From Octopus sinensis (Eukaryota), in NCBI RefSeq assembly GCF_006345805.1, contig NC_042998.1, forward strand, positions 39,184,001 to 39,248,000: a stretch of 64,000 nt of DNA. Reading direction: 5' to 3'. Under the pieces are notes generated by a model. The model worked only from the letters and a program-made list of their open reading frames with translations, made no database searches and was not told the DNA's origin. Of the stretch, positions 36,532 through 47,796 are shown piece after piece. The translations under genes and the position numbers were made by a program. Every line of letters begins with the position of its first letter. Positions within the stretch are counted from its first letter, which is position 1.

Positions 36532-37614
36532 CACCAACAAAAACACAACCAGCCAGATATTGTTGTGTGGAACCACAAGAAAACTATGTGTTCTGTTACG
36601 GAAATCAGCTGCCCCTGGATAGCAATGTGGTTAGAAAAATACACGAGAAATAGGACATCTAGGGACCATTAATAAGGATTTTGTAAATCCAGTGCCCATA
36701 CATACCGACCCGACTGGAGCAAAGTATAGCTGAACTTGGGATCTTGAGCGAAATGCATCTCCTTAATTTATACCCTACAATTGATCCCGATATCTGGGAC
36801 TATGAAAATCTAAAAGACCTTCTAAAGATTTAGAAGACAGTGAACATGCTTTCCCTCACAACCTTGCTACCAGGTAGCGGTGAGCGACCAAAATCTACTC
36901 AGAAAAGAGACAGAGAAGACTATACATATATACACACACACATATTTATATATGCTCACACAAGCATAACTCATTCTTTCACACACACACTAAAGTAGAA
37001 ATACATCCACATATTATGCGTATCGTCCAATGCATAATTGTTGGGTGTTACAAAAGGTAATCTTAAAAATGCCGTTCCTTCGGTTTATTGTTATATTTCA
37101 TTGTCATTCAATGACTCCAAATAAGTCCATGAAATTATAAAACCGGTTTTGTAAAGGTTGTGGGATCAATGGCAAGTTTATTCATAGATTACAGCACCAC
37201 TGAAGGTGACTTGGTATATCTTAAATATTTGTGAACTATAAAAGCTAAACAGTCATGTGAAAAACATCTGTCATTACTCCTGAGATAAACTAAACAAAGC
37301 GAATTTCCCATTATATTTTGCCGACGCATTTCGTACGTGTGTGGGTTTGTGTTTAGGTTTGTGTGCATGTTTGCAGAGAAATTGATATGACGACAGTCTC
37401 TTTTGCACCATGATCTATCCATTAGCGTTTTATTATTCTGTTATCAAACAATTATTTTTTTCAAAATATAAGTTTTCAAATTTCAACATATTCTTTTAAA
37501 CTTTCCATTAGTGTTACTACATTAAGTCTGAAAAATTAAGTTACTTTTACATATATAGGTTGACAGACAGACAGACTGAATGACTGACAGACTGAAGGAC
37601 GGAAAGACAGCTAG

Positions 37615-38092
<478 letters not shown>

Positions 38093-39229
38093 GATAAAGT
38101 AAGTTGAAGAACGATAAAACTGAAAACATCTTTATTCTTTTAATTACTTTATATTTTTTGTATTATATTTTAATGAGCGCTAAAATATATGTGAAATTTA
38201 TAAAATTTTGTTAATTTCTTTTCATTTTTTATATTTTCATTTTTTTTTTCACCCTTGAATTACATTTTATTAACAACATATTTTTTAATAAGAAAAAGAA
38301 GAACAAACATTGAAAGTTTAAAAGATCGAATTATTGAGAAGAAAAAGACTTATCTACTTCACCAAGGAAACAAAAGAAAAGAAAAGAAAGTGGGGTGGGA
38401 ATGAAGCAGCAGAAGATGGGGGGAGAGAGAGAGTAGCAAAAGAGGGAACGGATGGCGTGTTTGGCCACGCCTCAAGGACATGAAAGGCATTGCCACGGAG
38501 AATCACCTGCGACATTCGTTGTAACGGCCACCTCACGTGGCGGGTCTCTGTAAACTGTCCGAGTTTCGTAATATTCTATTTCAAGCTGGATGTCGATCAC
38601 CAGAACTCTGAGCGACAACTACGAGCTGATGTGTCGTAGAAAATAAACACCTTTTATAGTCAAAAAATTAGTTCTTCGCTGTGCCAAATCTGTTGCTTCC
38701 AGTTTGGGTTTCATTCCTTTTCTTTCCCTAACCCTGACCCTAATCAGGGAGTTTCAATGCATTCTGCTTTTAAATTTCTCTTTAATCCTGGCATCATGTT
38801 TCACATTTATTACTTTTTAACTTGTCCTGCGTTACAGGACTCCCTCATCGGACATGTGGCATTTCTCGCTATCAACAATTTCCCTCAGTGGATATGGTAG
38901 GCTTATGAGATCTAATATTCTTCACATTAGCTGCGCAGCCAAAACTTACTTAGGATTAACTTTTGTTGTACTATTTTCTCTACCTGGGGTTTCTAAGGAA
39001 GCGTTTATCAAATTCAGGGAGGTTGTGCGATGTTGAGTTAAAATTTGGTAAGAAAAATGAGTTTACTAAATATTTCAAAGCCTTTTCTTTGTCCCAAAAT
39101 CTAAGGTTGGAGATTTGCTTGATCTTAACTTTAAACCCGCTCGCTTTTAGAGTGTCATTTTAGTCAGAACTACCTTGTCTAAGAACCCTTTCCTTCAGGA
39201 CAAATTCGAAATCCCTTTTATCTTTTTCA

Positions 39230-39445
39230 TGTTTCAGTCATTAGACTGCGGCCATGGTGGGGGCGCCGCCTTTAGGAAATCTTACTTGAATGAATTGACC
39301 CAGTACTTATTTTTTTATAAGTTCGGTACATATTCTATCAGTCCCGTGTACAGAACCGCTTAGTTATGGGAACGTAAACACACCAACACCGGTTGTCGAG
39401 CGGTGGGAGGGGGTAACAAACACAGACACACACATAGATATACAT

Positions 39446-39490
<45 letters not shown>

Positions 39491-39650
39491 ATAAGCTTCT
39501 TTCAGTTTTCGTCTACCAAATCCACTCACAAGGCTTTGGTTGACCTGAGTCTATAGTAGAAGACACTTGTCCAAGGTGCCACGCAATGGGGACTGAAACC
39601 AAAACCACGTGGTTGGAAAGCAAGCTTCATCCCACACAGCCACGCCTTCT
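39230..39650 (-). mobile_element. CORE-type SINE with internal (TA)n
   Basis: Matches 56105-56470 over its length. Confidence 0.8.
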
Positions 39651-40357
39651 ACTCACATTGTTGATTAGATTTTAGTATAAACCTGCATCACTATAAGGAG
39701 ACTTTACCCTTTCTTTTGTCTGTCTCCAAAACCTTCCCCAATAACAAATCTCTTTGTTTACTCTGGTTTTCATTTGATTGTGGCTTCACTTCATCGTTGT
39801 TTCCTTGGATCATTTTTGCTGATTCTTTTCTTCACCAGAAACAGACTATAGGAAGTGATTGAACAAATAGCTTCCTAAATTCTAAGCCAGGATTCGAAAC
39901 CGAAATTACATATTTCTACAAATTCTCTTCCTATTGTTCTCAGCCTGTGAACTAGGAAATTTATGAGCGTTAACAGTGAACTTGTAAACTTTTGAGTCAA
40001 AATTTGGACCAAGGGAGATAAGAGATGGAAAATCCTTTGTTTGGCCTGACCTGATTTAGTTATAAAAAATATAAATATGGAACCCAAAATCTCTCTCTCT
40101 CCTGTAATCACTCACAAATGAAATGAACTATCTAAAGAACGGATAACAGAACGGAAAATAATCTGTATATAAGAACAACTCGAAGAAGTTGCCTCTTACA
40201 TCGTAACGACCAAATGAAAGATCATTTCAATTAAAAGTAGTTTTCTTCTCGCATTCATTCGCTGAAAATATATCGTCACACGAATATCTAAGTTAATGGA
40301 TTTAACCATTAACAATGACATCCTTAATCTCTTCCCCCTCCCTCTCCCCACCACCCA

Positions 40358-40404
<47 letters not shown>

Positions 40405-40607
40405 CTATCTTTCTGTCTATCTAATTATCCCCTCAACACCAATGGTACGGTTTCCAAAAAAAACGAGTCTATTGGTGACCCACTTTCTTATACCAGTGAC
40501 CAGTGGACTCACACACTTCTTAAATGTGAGCAGCACTCGGTGAGATCCCTCACATCTTCGAGGATGTCCCCTGAACATGGTGAGAATTGCCTCCCAACGG
40601 CTGACCC

Positions 40608-40885
40608 TGTGGGATGACGTCAGCAGCTGGGTGCGTTGACCGGAAGCTGGGGCAACCGGAAGGGGAAGCTGTCAGGTGTGCGCAGGCAGCGGTCAATTGG
40701 GCTTTTCCAACGTGGGTCGTCCAGGTGACAAGACGTGTGAGGACGTCGCTAAGGGTTTTGGTGAGCAGCTGCTATCTTTAGTGCTCGGGTCGGGGCTGTG
40801 TCGAAGGATTAGTTACCGCAGAAGGGTCTCCATCACGAGGAAGAGAAGGTAGGTGCCTTTATATTCAAATCGCGCACTCACCACA
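40608..40885 (+). repeat. 5' LTR
   Basis: TGTGG...CCACA; about 7 substitutions and 1-2 indels versus the 3' LTR. Confidence 0.9.
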
Positions 40886-40938
40886 AGCTATTTTGGCAGT
40901 TCTTAAACATTTACATTTCAACACGATTCGTCGCCACG

Positions 40939-41730
40939 ATGTCTGCAAAAATTAGGATCGCCAGCGACGCCCTCAGACCTTTTAATGGTGAAGGCGATGT
41001 AGTGGCCTGGATTCGCAAAATCAGGCTGGTGGCAAGACTGCAATGTATAAGCGATGTGGCAAGACTGCAATGTATAAGCGATGTGGCAAGTCTTATGGCG
41101 CTGTATTTAGAAGGGAGTGCCTTAACGCTATACCTTGAGATGGATGAAGAGGAACGGCTCAGCGAGGAGAACATAGAGCGACGCTTGCGGGATGCCTACA
41201 CGGAATGCGAATACACAGCTTTTGCTAAGCTAGGTGCGATCCGGTGGACGGGAGGCCAAGTGGATGACTATGCAGCAGAAGTTAGAAGGTTAGCGAATCT
41301 GGCTGGGTTTGCCCGAGAAGGGCTGGAGAGAGCAGCCCGGCTGGCGTTTGTGAATGGGTTCCCCGACGATGTAGGGATTCACCTACAACGACTGCCCGGG
41401 ATTAAAAAGATGGCGCTGAGCGAACTCGTGGATCAGGCCCGCGTGTTAACGAGACACTCTGGGTGGAAGACGATAGCGATGGCGGTGACGGGGGCGCGTA
41501 AAGACGGACGACATCCCGAGAAAGACGTACAGAAGCTTATCATGCAACGAGAGCGGCCGTTCTCAGAACGGTGTTTTAGATGCCAGGGATCGCACATGGC
41601 GCGGGACTGTACGCAGCCGGGGCCCGTTTGCTATCGATGCAGGCAGACAGGGCACATTTCCCGTGATTGCGACCAGGGAAACGACCGCGGGGAAGTTGCT
41701 GCCTCTCGAACTTTCCCCGCAAACGAGTAG
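40939..41730 (+). CDS. Gag, 263 aa, with two CCHC-type zinc knuckles
   Basis: CFRCQGSHMARDC and CYRCRQTGHISRDC. Confidence 0.88.
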   Translation: MSAKIRIASDALRPFNGEGDVVAWIRKIRLVARLQCISDVARLQCISDVASLMALYLEGSALTLYLEMDEEERLSEENIERRLRDAYTECEYTAFAKLGAIRWTGGQVDDYAAEVRRLANLAGFAREGLERAARLAFVNGFPDDVGIHLQRLPGIKKMALSELVDQARVLTRHSGWKTIAMAVTGARKDGRHPEKDVQKLIMQRERPFSERCFRCQGSHMARDCTQPGPVCYRCRQTGHISRDCDQGNDRGEVAASRTFPANE

Positions 41731-41734
41731 AGGC
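41676..41734 (+). promoter_or_regulatory. -1 programmed ribosomal frameshift signal (G GGA AAC + H-type pseudoknot)
   Basis: Heptamer in the gag 0-frame; stem 1 41687-41697/41709-41720; stem 2 GCCTCT 41701-41706 / AGAGGC 41729-41734; -1 frame opens into protease-like sequence. Confidence 0.8.
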
Positions 41735-41800
41735 GCTATTGGAGACGCTGCCATTGATTGACGTGGAGGCCGAGGGGAAGTCGTTCAAGACCCTCGTGGA

Positions 41801-43465
41801 AATGAGATCCCAGAGCTGAGTTCCAGCGTCAGCAGGAGAGAGCTGTTCTCGGTGTGTGGGAAGTTGGTCGGTCACTACCCGATCGCTGGATGGCTGCGCA
41901 CGGCGTGTGGTTACACCAAGAGACGAGCAGAAGGGGAGAGGTGGGGCGACAAGGTGGGAGAAGGGACGGTGGCGATGATGCAAGAAATCCTAGAGAGGAC
42001 GAGAGCGGAAGACCCGGTCAGGGGGAACTGGTACGTGCCCAAGACGGAATCCAGGACCGTCTGGTGTGATGCCAGCAGTATAGCGATAGGGGTGGTGTTG
42101 GCAATCGAAGGCGCTGTGGTGGAGGACGCGGCCTGGCTTCGGAAAGCAGATGATTTCAACCACATCAATGTCGCCGAATTAGACGCGGTGCTGAAAGGGG
42201 TGAACTTGGCCTTGAAATGGGGGCTGCGCACGATTGAAATCCAGACGGATTCGGCCACTGTTCTTAGCTGGGTAGGATCGGTGATCACCGGTAAAAGGAG
42301 AGTGCGGACGAAAGGTGCTGCGGAGATGTTAGTGAAGCGCCGTCTAGGAGTTCTAGGTGAATTGATCGCCGAATTCGGACTGAAGCTGAGCGTGGTTTTC
42401 GTGCCTTCGGAGAAAAACAGGGCGGACGTACTGACCAGGGTGAAAAGAGCGTGGTTGGAAGAACCGGAGGAGGCCCCGAAAGGTATAGCTGCGGCGTGTC
42501 GGTTAGATGACTCTGAACTGAAGAAACTGCATGCTATGCATCACCTGGGTGTGGACAGGACCCTGTATCTGGCGAAGAAAATTGATGCTGACGTCACTAG
42601 GAGAAGCATCCGGAAGGTGGTCGGGAGCTGCGACAGGTGTCAGTCCATCGACCCTGCTCCATGTGCGCATGAACAGGGAAGCCTTTCCGTGGAGCAGAGC
42701 TGGAAAAGGCTAGCTGTGGATGTGACACACTACCGTCAGCGAATGTACCTGTCCATGGTCGACTGCGGGCCGGGCCGGCTGGCCATTTGGAGGGAGTTGA
42801 GATCGGGCATTGCTGACGAGATCGCGCTGATCCTGAACGGGATATTCTTAGAGAGAGGTCCCGTGGAAGAACTACTGATGGACAACGGGGCGGCGTTTCG
42901 TTCGGAAGCATTGAGGGTTATGCTTGATCGGTGGAATGTGCGACGCTTGTTCAGAGCAGCGTATAGGCCGAGCGGTAACGGGATCGTGGAGAGGCACCAT
43001 CGGACAGTCAAGGCCATAGCGGAAAGAGGGCACATTTCGCCGCTTGAAGCAGTTTTTTGGTTTAACTTGTCTCCCCGATCCGGACAAGCTGAGGAATCTG
43101 TGCCGCAGAGAGCTGTGTTCAAATATGAATGGAGGCACCCGAGCAAAGCGCCGGAGGATCACGAGGAAGAGAAGGGACCCGTTCGCGTGAAAATAGGGGA
43201 GGAAGTCTGGGTCAAGTCACCAAAGGCGCGCTGTACGTCTCAATGGAGCAGAGGAACGGTGACGGCGGTCAATTCCAGAAACAACGTATCCGTAGATGGA
43301 ACGCCACGACACGTCTTGGGCCTTCGCAGGATTGTCGCTTCGACGGACGACGATTCTGGAGAGGGGGAAAACGAGGAGCCCAGCTTGAGAAGATCCCGAC
43401 GAGCAAGGCGCTCTCCTGGTTGGATGGTGGACTACGACATGGAGCGGAGAGATTGTGATCTTTAA
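41801..43465 (+). CDS. Pol remnant: RNase H + integrase (open frame, no RT, no own start)
   Basis: WCDAS..HINVAELDAV..TDS (RNase H); HHCC finger (H..HLG..CDRC); LAVDVT, LLMDNG, NGIVERHH (DDE). Confidence 0.88.
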   Translation, partial: NEIPELSSSVSRRELFSVCGKLVGHYPIAGWLRTACGYTKRRAEGERWGDKVGEGTVAMMQEILERTRAEDPVRGNWYVPKTESRTVWCDASSIAIGVVLAIEGAVVEDAAWLRKADDFNHINVAELDAVLKGVNLALKWGLRTIEIQTDSATVLSWVGSVITGKRRVRTKGAAEMLVKRRLGVLGELIAEFGLKLSVVFVPSEKNRADVLTRVKRAWLEEPEEAPKGIAAACRLDDSELKKLHAMHHLGVDRTLYLAKKIDADVTRRSIRKVVGSCDRCQSIDPAPCAHEQGSLSVEQSWKRLAVDVTHYRQRMYLSMVDCGPGRLAIWRELRSGIADEIALILNGIFLERGPVEELLMDNGAAFRSEALRVMLDRWNVRRLFRAAYRPSGNGIVERHHRTVKAIAERGHISPLEAVFWFNLSPRSGQAEESVPQRAVFKYEWRHPSKAPEDHEEEKGPVRVKIGEEVWVKSPKARCTSQWSRGTVTAVNSRNNVSVDGTPRHVLGLRRIVASTDDDSGEGENEEPSLRRSRRARRSPGWMVDYDMERRDCDL

Positions 43466-43478
43466 GATCAGGGTGGCG

Positions 43479-43749
43479 TGTGGGATGACGTCAGCAGCTG
43501 GATGCGTTGACCGGAAGCTAGGGCAACCGGAAGGGGCAGCTGTCAGGCGTGCGCAGGCAGCGGTCAATTGGGCTTTTCCAACGTGGGTCGTCCAGGTGAC
43601 AAGACGTGTGAGGACGTCGCTAAGGGTTTGGCAGCTGCTATCTTTAGTGTTCGGGTCGGGGCTGTGTCGAAGGATTAGTTACCGCAGAAGGGTCTCCCTC
43701 ACGAGGAAGAGAAGGTAGGTACCTTTATATTCAAATCGCGCACTCACCA
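43479..43749 (+). repeat. 3' LTR
   Basis: TGTGG...CACCA (lacks the last CA of the 5' LTR). Confidence 0.9.
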
Positions 43750-43887
43750 GACTCTTCTGGAGCATAGCTCTCACACCTGGGATGCTGCTACTGCTGCTGC
43801 TACTGCCGCTGCGCTCACGTGCATCCAAGAGAGAGAAAAGTCACTCGACTGATTAGCAAGAAATTACTCAGACACAAAAGACAGCGA

Positions 43888-44092
43888 TTTGGCAGAATCG
43901 TTAGCATGCCGTGCAAAGTGCTTAGCTGCATTTCGTCCGTCTTTAAGTTCTGAGTTCAAATTCTGCCGAGGTTGACTTAGCCTTTCATCCTTTCGGGATC
44001 GATAAAGTAAGCACCAATTGAACACCGAGGTCGATGCAATCGACTCATCCCCCTCCCTCGAACTTGCTGGCCTTGTGCCAAAAATTCGAAAC
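43888..44092 (+). mobile_element. Nin-domain-like SINE
   Basis: TGGCAGAATCGTTAGCA...GAGGTTGACTTAGCCTTTCATCCTTTCGGGATCGATAAA. Confidence 0.8.
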
Positions 44093-45849
44093 CAAAACAT
44101 TACTCCAACACATTCCAGCAAGTGTGCTGCCTGATCTCCCTCTCCCTATACTTGGCCTCTGTTCCTTGGAGAAGGATCGGCTCATACTGTCTCCAGTGAA
44201 ACATTTCTGAAACATTCGTCTCTCCTCCTCTCATCATTGTTGTTGATGCCAACTCCCTGGGCCCAGCTCTAAACACTACGCCAAACCGTCTTCTCACAAC
44301 GTCAGCCTCCAGAAGCCCCTCGCCAATCGTCTTTCCTGGACCCTCACAACCCCTTCCATGAAATCCAGCAAATAAAACAAAAAGTATTCAGCTCCAGTTC
44401 CAACAATACTGAAAAGGCAACATTTCCAGGTTGTCTTACGATTCCTCCCTGCACATCGCAATAGGTAGTGCGATTCTCAACCTGACAGATACACGACATA
44501 ACTCGGGTAGATGTGAGTAAAGGATCTAGTCTAGTATCATATTTCTACCCGAACAGAAATAGTCGAGAGAAAGGCCATCAACATTTATAGGTCATCTTAA
44601 CACTTCTCGGCATAAATTATTTGGAGGGAGATAACTCTTACAGTCTTGACGAAATATATCAAATTTCATTTTAATAAAAGGCAGAGAATGACTGTGAGAA
44701 TTAATTCTGATCGATATTTCAAATATCAGAAATTCGTTTCCATCGAGTATTACTTTGAATTAATATTAGGAAAAATAATTTGATACACAAAGTTAATTTG
44801 AAATGCGAATACCTTGGGAGGGGGTGTAATTAAAAGAAAGTTATTTTGTCAGAAATAATTTACGGCTTAAAAGTACAAGGTCTTCGACATTTACTTATAA
44901 AATCTTTATTTACATTCGATAATGTAGCTTTCAATACAATCGCGAGTGGAGTCTAAGTGGATGTAGTAAAACCTAAGTAATTACTTGTTTTAGAATTGGT
45001 ACAGCAGAAAGCTTCAGTGATGTATAAAAAATGTCTAGTACGATTACAAATATACATATTACCAACCTGACGAACCTTCAATAAAGAGAAACACACTTTT
45101 CATAGTATAACGATACGTAAAGAGTAACAAGTGACGACGGGATCCTGGCTTAAGCATCCCTCATATCTTTTATTTTGAGGAATTTTTACAAAACGTTTGC
45201 CAGGGAACTCATACGATTATGCATTTTTAAAAAATATCCTCCCTTCATAAATCTTAAAATTCCCACTCTTTTTCCGAAACTTTTTTTTAAATCAAAGTTT
45301 AAAATACGGACAATCCGAATCTATCATTTGTTCCTGTTTATAATTTCAAAATAATTTTTGAGATCCAAATTCACGAATACGCACGGCCTATTCTAGATCG
45401 AAGCACACCATGTCACCAGTCATAGCTTTTTAACTTTTTGGTATTTTCAGAAGTTTTTTGCGAATTTCGGATCAACACACTGGATCTCGCACGGTTATGA
45501 AAAATGTTTTCTTCGCTTAAAATTTTTTCTATCCCTACCCTATGCCATAAATCCCTGTGAATACTCAAATTGGACTTCACCTTTCTCGATAACACAGATA
45601 TCAGAGAGCCTGAGGTCATTGTTGGGATTTAGCCACAATGATTTTAATAAAATATGTAAAAGGTAATTTATTTTAATAGCATATTTTTCTATTAATAAGA
45701 GCTTTTTCTTCTTTTCTTTTTCATACATACACACACTCGCTTGGTGCAGGGGGTGGGTGTAAGACTTTAAATTATGGATCCGTGGGCGCATCCTCATTCC
45801 ATTAAATGTGTTTATAGGGAGGAAAATATTGAAAACATCAATACATGAC

Positions 45850-46160
45850 AGAGTAATAAAGACACAAGGAAAGCATCGGGTGGTCGTGGTACCTTGGACA
45901 AATGTCTTCTACTATAGCACCGGACTGCGAGGGGGATTTGGCTTACGGAAACTGAAAGAAGCCTGTTTTGTGTGTATGTGTCCTTCCCCACAGCTTGACA
46001 ACCGTTTTTTTTGGTGTGTTTATATCCTCGTAACCTAGTGGTTCGGCAAAAGGTTTCGATACAATAAGTACCCGACTTAAGAAATAAGTACTGTGAGCTG
46101 TTTTGCTTGATTAAACCCTTCAAGGCGATGCTCCAACATGACCACAGTCAAATGATTAAA
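45850..46160 (+). mobile_element. CORE-type SINE (degenerate)
   Basis: ACCTTGGACAAATGTCTTCTACTATAGC...GGAAACTGAAAGAAGCC...ATGACCACAGTCAAATGATTAAAACAAGTAAAAG. Confidence 0.7.
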
Positions 46161-46345
46161 ACAAGTAAAAGAAACCAGATAAAAGAAAGAAGTGTATGAA
46201 TTCTCGGGTGCAGAACAGAAATTCGCAAAATTGTTTTTAAATTCCTGAAAATAAAAAAATCTTGAGAAGTTATATGAGGTACTTAAACCAGAATTCCACC
46301 AAAACGACGATTTTTTATACATTTTCCAGTGAAATTTTTAGTTAA

Positions 46346-46940
46346 TGGTTAATGTTTACTACTTGACACGGAAACGGAAATCAGAAAAAAAATAGTGCAA
46401 CGGGTGTCAAAAAAACGTGTAGGAAACGAATATGAAAAAAAAAATGCACGCAAAGCAACGGGGGTTGGGGGAGAGGACCTCGGAAAATTCACAAGATCCG
46501 AGTTATTCCTTCATAACTTTTAGGAAAATGGGGGTTTTTTTTCAATGAAAATTTATAGAAATACCTTTCAAACGGCATACATTAAAATTATAAAGAAATT
46601 TGTAGGGAGAATCTTTTCCAAGAGGGTGGGGAGAGGACATCGAAAATTCATAAGATCAGAGTTATTCCTTCATAACTTTTAGGAAAATGGGGCTTTTTTC
46701 AACGAAATTTCATAGAAATATCTTTCAAACGACATACATTAAGATTATAAAGAAGTTAGTGCGCAAAATCTTTTCAAAGGGGTGGGGAGGACATCGGAAT
46801 ATTCACAAGATCAGAGTTTTTCCCTCATAACTTATAGGAAGATGGGCTTTTTTTTTTCAATGTAAAAATTTAACGTGTCTGTATATGTATGTGTGTGTGT
46901 GTGTATGTGCGTGTATAGATGTATGTATATAATATATGTG

Positions 46941-46985
<45 letters not shown>

Positions 46986-47474
46986 ATATATAATATATGT
47001 ATCTATCTATGTATATAGATAGAGAGAGAGACAAAGTAATAACGAGAATAACGACGGAAGGGTTAAAAAAGCGTAAAAATAATTGAAAATGAAACAAAAT
47101 TGAAGGCAAAACATTAAGAATTATTGAAAATGGGTAGAAATAAACTCTACGCAGTGTAGTGGTACTACGCTAGGGTATCTGTAGAAAGTTGAATGTGATT
47201 TCGGAATATAACGAAAGAAAAGCTCGGATCTTGGGACTTTTCCGAAAGTCCTCTCCCCACCTCAATATTTACCCCACAAATTTCTTTAAAATCGAAGATG
47301 TATGCCGTTTGAAAGGTATTTCTATAAAATTTCATTGTAAAAACCTCGTTTTCCTAAAAGTTATGAGGGAAAAACTCGGATTTTGGGAATTTTCAGAGGT
47401 CCTCCCCCCACCTTCCCCATTGCACTATTTTCTATCTTATTTTCGTTTCCGGGTCAAGTTGTAAACATTAACCA
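46346..47474. mobile_element. Non-autonomous foldback element with tandem ~158-bp units in its inverted arms
   Basis: Termini TGGTTAATGTTTAC / GTAAACATTAACCA; about 2.5 units left (46467-46870), about 1.3 inverted units right (47218-47412). Confidence 0.8.
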
Positions 47475-47593
47475 AACTTTTGCCGCACCAAAATCTTTAG
47501 CTGATGCAAAGTAACGAAATAACGAAACTTTTTTTCTTTTCCCCCCTCCCAGACATCCGACTTTCTCTCTTATCGTCTCTCTCTATCTCTATT

Positions 47594-47596
<3 letters not shown>

Positions 47597-47653
<57 letters not shown>
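47597..47653. repeat. (CT)n microsatellite just upstream of the MPC2 start codon
   Basis: Pure CT run ending about 58 nt before the ATG. Confidence 0.9.
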
Positions 47654-47656
<3 letters not shown>

Positions 47657-47711
47657 CGTCAACTGTCACATCGCAGTTATCGCCCTTCGCTGGTTGTTCA
47701 TTTCTCCAATT

Positions 47712-47796
47712 ATGGCTGCAGTCTATCGATCTGCGATCAAAGCGCTTGACAAGTTGGTTCCCTCACGAATGGTTCCCTTATGGAACCATCCTGCAG
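47712..47796 (+). CDS. MPC2: MPC2 coding exon 1
   Basis: ATG at 47712, encodes ...PLWNHPA-G, donor CAG|GTTAGT. Confidence 0.93.

Larger units (their letters stand above)
40608..43749 (+). mobile_element. Ty3/gypsy LTR retrotransposon with protease/RT deletion
   Basis: Two ~275-bp LTRs starting TGTGG; near-TSD GACCC/GACTC; PPT-like AAGATCAGGGTGGCG; RNase H before integrase. Confidence 0.93.

Noticed and set aside
36655-36667. CATCTAGGGACC as another Merlin terminus
   Set aside because: Only about 12 bp of similarity and no adjacent arm sequence; compatible with chance.
40440-40607. Possible LINE remnant interrupted by the gypsy insertion
   Set aside because: Resemblance to RTE LYGxETW motifs is too weak to support by eye.
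41563-43718. Multiple overlapping and antisense ORFs within the gypsy element
   Set aside because: Expected by-products of GC-rich coding sequence; no recognisable domains.
45067-45092. CTGACGA...GAAAC hammerhead-like string
   Set aside because: Weak stem II, with no cleavage triplet or stem I partner visible.
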